Positions 60,010 to 64,000 of a stretch of DNA of 64,000 nucleotides are shown piece after piece. The translations under genes and the position numbers were made by a program. Each line of letters opens with the position of its first letter. Within the stretch, counting starts at the first letter, position 1. Origin of the DNA: Vicinamibacterales bacterium (GTDB taxonomy: Bacteria > Acidobacteriota > Vicinamibacteria > Vicinamibacterales > JAMQPK01); NCBI GenBank assembly GCA_963761975.1, contig CAVXIR010000004.1:1155148-1219147 (forward strand). Reading direction: 5' to 3'. Below the pieces are notes generated by a model. That model made no database searches. It was not told the DNA's origin and saw nothing but the letters and a program-made list of their open reading frames with translations.

Positions 60010-60792
60010 CTAGTGGATGGTCCAACCTCCATCGACCATCAAAACGTGGCCGACCACCATGTCCGACAGATGACTCGAGAGGAACAGCACGGCGCCAACG
60101 AGATCCTCAGGCTGGTTCCACCGCCCGGCGGGCAGCATCGTCGTCGTCGCCCATTCTTTGTAGCCCGGGCGTTCGAGGATGACTTTGCGCGACTCCGTTT
60201 CGGTGATGCACGGTGCCACGACATTGACCGTAACGCCGGATTTTGCCCACTCCAGCGAGAACGCTCGTGAAAGATGGTGCACGGCGGCCTTCGCTCCCGC
60301 GTACACTGCACGACCGCTGAAGGCGATGACACCGAAATTCGACCCGATGTTGATGATCTTGCCGCGCCCCTGCGGGATCATGACTTTCGCCGCCGCCTGA
60401 CACGCGAAGAACACGCTCTTGACCGAGGCGGCCATCGTTCGGTCGTACTCTTCTTCGGTGACGTCGAGTGCGGGGCCGGTGCCGGTCCACCCCGCGTTGT
60501 TTACGAGAATGTCGATGCGGCCGAACTGTTCTTTCGTCTGATCCATCAGCGACCGGACCTGCGCGACGTTCGCGACGTCGACGATGATGATCGGCGCCTT
60601 TCGTCCGAGCGCTTCAATCTCAGCCTGCACGCCCTTGATCTCGTCGTGGCGGCCTTCGGGATGCTTCGCCAGCACGATGTGTGCGCCCGCCTGCGCGAGT
60701 CCCAGGGCGATCGCCTTTCCGATGCCCTGCGACGCGCCCGTGACGATCGCGACCTTGTCCGTCAGCCCAAAACTCGAGTAGTCGGCACTCAT
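60010..60792 (-). CDS. SDR-family oxidoreductase
   Basis: 260 aa. TGASQGIGKAIALGLAQAG and YAGAKAAV (YxxxK). Confidence 0.9.
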   Translation of the reverse strand: MSADYSSFGLTDKVAIVTGASQGIGKAIALGLAQAGAHIVLAKHPEGRHDEIKGVQAEIEALGRKAPIIIVDVANVAQVRSLMDQTKEQFGRIDILVNNAGWTGTGPALDVTEEEYDRTMAASVKSVFFACQAAAKVMIPQGRGKIINIGSNFGVIAFSGRAVYAGAKAAVHHLSRAFSLEWAKSGVTVNVVAPCITETESRKVILERPGYKEWATTTMLPAGRWNQPEDLVGAVLFLSSHLSDMVVGHVLMVDGGWTIH

Positions 60793-61572
60793 CTACACCA
60801 GCCCCCGGATCGTGCCGCCGATGTCGAGGCCGGCACCAGTGATGAATTTCGCCAACGGCGATGCGAGAAACACCACCGCATGCGCCACATCTTCGGCGTT
60901 CCCGATGCCCATTGGCATCTGACGGTCTTCAAGAAATCTTTTCACCGACGCATCGCGATCCAGGCCGTAGTGCTGCACGAGCTGGTCGACGATGCCGCCA
61001 GGCCGGGTCCACATTCGAGACCAGATCGGACCAGGAAGCACCGTGTTGACCCGGACGGACGGCGCGTACTGCTTCGCCAGCGCCTTCGTGAGGTACAGGA
61101 GTCCCGCCTTACACGCGCCGTAGTCCATAAACCCAGGCTCAGGCTGCTTTGCGAGATCGGAACCGGTGTTCACAACGGATCCCTGACCACGCGCCGCCAT
61201 TTTCGGCACGAGCGTACGGCACGTGCGCACCGTGCCCATCAAGTTCACTTGAAAGGACTGGGCCCATATTTCGTCGGATATGTCTTCGAACGGCGTCGAG
61301 TTTCCGACACCCAGGTTGTTGATGAGGATGTCCGGCGCTCGCCCGAACTGATCCAGCGCATACGCCGTGGCGTCGTCGACGCCGGGTCCCGTCGCCAGGT
61401 CGGCGGTCACGGTCGCACGCCATTTTCCCGCTTTCTTCCGCAAGACGTCGGCGTCGGAATCGGCGACGATCACCTCGGCGCCCTCCTGTGTCAGCAGGTC
61501 GGCAATCGCTTCGCCGATCCCGTGCGCACCGGCGCTGACGTAGGCAAGCTTTCCTTTCAGCTGATAATCCAA
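60793..61572 (-). CDS. SDR-family oxidoreductase
   Basis: 259 aa. SAGAHGIGEAIADLL and YGACKAGL (YxxxK). Abuts the downstream SDR with no gap. Confidence 0.85.
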   Translation of the reverse strand: MDYQLKGKLAYVSAGAHGIGEAIADLLTQEGAEVIVADSDADVLRKKAGKWRATVTADLATGPGVDDATAYALDQFGRAPDILINNLGVGNSTPFEDISDEIWAQSFQVNLMGTVRTCRTLVPKMAARGQGSVVNTGSDLAKQPEPGFMDYGACKAGLLYLTKALAKQYAPSVRVNTVLPGPIWSRMWTRPGGIVDQLVQHYGLDRDASVKRFLEDRQMPMGIGNAEDVAHAVVFLASPLAKFITGAGLDIGGTIRGLV

Positions 61573-61652
61573 ACGCGTCCTCGCTATTTTGCACCGCGGT
61601 ATTCCGCGACAGCCTGCCGACGACCGACGTCAGCTCTCGATCATGAAGACGA

Positions 61653-62090
61653 TCAGCGTGTAGCCAGGTAGACTCCCCCGATCATCAGCAGCGCACCAAT
61701 GACGTTCATCAGCGTCACCGGCTGCACGGGAGATCCGAGCCAGCCGAAATGCGACAGCAGCATTGCGCTGAGGATCTGCCCGGTAAGCAGCATCACCGTC
61801 ATCTGTTGGGCGCCGACTTGCGGAATGATCCACGCGATTCCGAAGACCAGCGACGCACCCATCGCACCGGCTGTGAGCAGCAACGGATTCACCTGACGGA
61901 GCCCGCCCAGCGCGCCGGGTTGCCAGCCGCTCGCGCCTATCGCAACAGCAGTGACGGCGCCGATGCACCAGAACAGCGCGTTGCCCACACGTGGGTTGCT
62001 CAGAACCGCCCCGACCTTCCCGTTCATCGCCAAGTGGACCGTGAGTACGACCCCGAGGAACATCGTCACACCATAGAGGTACGATCTCAT
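61653..62090 (-). CDS. DMT-superfamily small membrane protein (DUF606 / YdcZ-like)
   Basis: ATG comp. 62088-62090 follows GAAGGAG. About 145 aa with four hydrophobic segments and a sequence typical of DUF606. Confidence 0.7.
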   Translation of the reverse strand: MRSYLYGVTMFLGVVLTVHLAMNGKVGAVLSNPRVGNALFWCIGAVTAVAIGASGWQPGALGGLRQVNPLLLTAGAMGASLVFGIAWIIPQVGAQQMTVMLLTGQILSAMLLSHFGWLGSPVQPVTLMNVIGALLMIGGVYLATR

Positions 62091-62139
62091 CTCGCGCGCT
62101 CCTTCTGTGCGGCGCAACTAAAGTTGCGCCCTACCGATG

Positions 62140-64000
62140 TTAACCTCTCATCGCACGTGATATGGCACTGGCGATGTGAGATGGCGTCAACCCGAACGCT
62201 TCAATCAGTTCTTCGTACGTTCCGGAATGAATGAACCGTGGACGACCTTTCTCGTCGAGTGTGTTGATCGCCAGGATTCGTCCGAGCCCATCCGGACGTT
62301 TCCCGTCGATTCCGCGGTAGTGGACCTTGAGCAGGTTCTGAAGGATATACCCGTTGTTCTGCTCGGCCAGGCACACAGGCTTGCCGGACGAGCACAAATC
62401 CAGCAGGAGGCCTTCGTCGATCGACGGCATGTCAATCACAGCCACTCGCGCCCCGAGCGCTTCGCACTCGCGTGATGCCGCCAGCGCCTCATGCACACCG
62501 CGGCCACTACTGACGATGAACGCATCGTCGGTCGGGGCGCCACGCACGAAGACACCTTTACCGAACTCGAACGCGTAGTCGCTGCCATACAGGACCGCCG
62601 ACGGCGTGCGCATAACCCGCACATATAGCAGGCCGCGGTTGCCGTCCATCACCCACTTCATCAGCGCGAGCATCTGCTGCGGGCACGAGACGTCGATGAT
62701 TTTCAGATGCGCGACGGCATCGAACGTCAGGTTGTCGTCGTTACCCATGTGCGTGGCGCCGTTGGTCCGCGTCTCGAAGTTCGCGGCGGTCGCGAGGAGC
62801 GTCAGGTCAAGCCCATGCCCCTCACTCAGCCAGCCGTCCGGCTCGGCCATCGCTTCCATGCGCTCCTGGTGGCCGACAGCGATGCGCCGCAGCACTTTCC
62901 AGTCGTAGAACGGGCAGAAGGTGCTGATCCAGGTGTTGAAGCCCAGCGCGGCAAACGCCTCCCCGATGCCCATCATGTTGGCTTCGGCCACACCGACGTT
63001 CAACGCCCGCCGTTGATCCACTACGGCGACGCCGGCTTCGAGGCCGCTGGTCGTCGCCAGATCCGCGTCGATCGACACCACGCGCGGATCGCGAGCGAAG
63101 ACCTTCATGCCGGCGGTGACGATGTCGCTCGCGGCGTATTGCTTCGAGCGATCGATCGACGGCAACTGCGCGGCGTCGTAGCCGATACGCTTGTTTCGCG
63201 GACGCGCGCGCGTCGTGACGACAGGACCAATGACCTGCGCCAGCGAGAATGCATCGGCGGCCGTGGGCGTCACGTCGAGGCGCATCTGGCCGGCGAACTC
63301 CACCAGCGCCTCCTGCAGCAGACCGCCGTCGGGGTACTCGCGAAGGCGGTCGTGGAACGCGATGAATTCGCTCACACGATCGCGACGCTGTTGTCCCTGC
63401 AGCGCCAGCTCCTGCTCGATGAGGGGATCGGGCACCGTCACTTTGTGCTTGTTCAGGAAATCCGACAGCGCGCCATGGCCTTTCGTACCGTGGCAGATGA
63501 TGGCGGTCGGCCTGCCGTTGCGCGGCCCGAAGCGGAATTGCTCGAGTGCTGCGTAAACGCCGTGGTACTGAGTGGCATCGACGCTGACCACTTCCCAGTT
63601 GAACGACCGGAACACCGCTTCGAGGTCGGGCATCGGGAAAATCATCCGATTGGCGAGATCCAGCTGCCCGTTGTTGCGATCGATCATGACGCAAAGATTG
63701 TCGAGGTGCTTCTGGCCCGCGAACATCACGGCTTCCCAGATGGGCCCCTCCTGCATTTCACCGTCGCCGCACAGCGCGTACGCATCGAACCTTGGCGACA
63801 CGCGCCCGGCGATCGCGAACCCCTGAGCGACGGCGAGCCCCTGCCCCATCGGACCCGTGGCGATCTGGATGCCCGGCAGCACGGGACCCGGATGCCCGTT
63901 GAGAATGCTGGCGAACGAACGCGAGTTGCGCAGCACGGCGCGATCGATATAGCCGAGCTCGGCGTAGATCGATGCGAGCGCGGCCACTGCATGCCCCTTG
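62140..64000 (-). CDS. Transketolase-family protein (fused N- and C-terminal halves), 5' end beyond the window
   Basis: ALCGDGEMQEGPIWEA and IDRNNGQLD are the ThDP-binding region. The frame stays open upstream of the track start (KGHAVAALASIY), so the true start lies past 64000. Confidence 0.85.
   Translation of the reverse strand, partial: KGHAVAALASIYAELGYIDRAVLRNSRSFASILNGHPGPVLPGIQIATGPMGQGLAVAQGFAIAGRVSPRFDAYALCGDGEMQEGPIWEAVMFAGQKHLDNLCVMIDRNNGQLDLANRMIFPMPDLEAVFRSFNWEVVSVDATQYHGVYAALEQFRFGPRNGRPTAIICHGTKGHGALSDFLNKHKVTVPDPLIEQELALQGQQRRDRVSEFIAFHDRLREYPDGGLLQEALVEFAGQMRLDVTPTAADAFSLAQVIGPVVTTRARPRNKRIGYDAAQLPSIDRSKQYAASDIVTAGMKVFARDPRVVSIDADLATTSGLEAGVAVVDQRRALNVGVAEANMMGIGEAFAALGFNTWISTFCPFYDWKVLRRIAVGHQERMEAMAEPDGWLSEGHGLDLTLLATAANFETRTNGATHMGNDDNLTFDAVAHLKIIDVSCPQQMLALMKWVMDGNRGLLYVRVMRTPSAVLYGSDYAFEFGKGVFVRGAPTDDAFIVSSGRGVHEALAASRECEALGARVAVIDMPSIDEGLLLDLCSSGKPVCLAEQNNGYILQNLLKVHYRGIDGKRPDGLGRILAINTLDEKGRPRFIHSGTYEELIEAFGLTPSHIASAISRAMRG

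Overview
GC-rich bacterial chromosomal segment. The gene content points to Acidobacteriota, by inference only: CarboxypepD_reg-type TonB-dependent receptors, a DUF1592/DUF1552 pair, a TIGR03436-like VWA protein, Hanks kinases fused to TolB-like propellers, and many exported PQQ dehydrogenases. All family calls are motif-level recognition from the translations; no database search was run. I support about 40 protein genes:
- 4 TonB-dependent receptors (TBDRs)
- 4 PQQ dehydrogenases plus one orphan 3' fragment
- a divergent sugar-oxidation / GH51 cluster
- a TAXI binding protein / histidine kinase / response regulator operon
- 3 Ser/Thr kinases
- an HNH nuclease cassette
- one IS1595-family element carrying two cargo genes
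- a TBDR / cytochrome c / XoxF-like PQQ-ADH operon with two unknown downstream genes
- 2 SDRs, a DUF606 transporter and a transketolase

No rRNA, tRNA or CRISPR array was seen. Points worth a second look:
1. A family of 7-bp-period tandem arrays, often palindromic, sits at six gene junctions. One copy is inserted in-frame inside a CDS and one is the target of the IS.
2. An AT-rich tandem ATCGAT motif recurs in five promoter-proximal regions.
3. Rearrangement scars: a 137-bp duplicated PQQ-gene tail flanking a kinase pair, a decayed response-regulator tail, and a perfect 16-bp palindrome on both sides of the HNH gene.
4. Seven genes are frame-disrupted, with a sharply bounded cluster of indels at 44.57-49.2 kb. 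This could be assembly error or real decay.
5. Gly/Arg/Pro low-complexity inserts with recurring GGA-CGY-GG coding occur in at least nine unrelated exported proteins.
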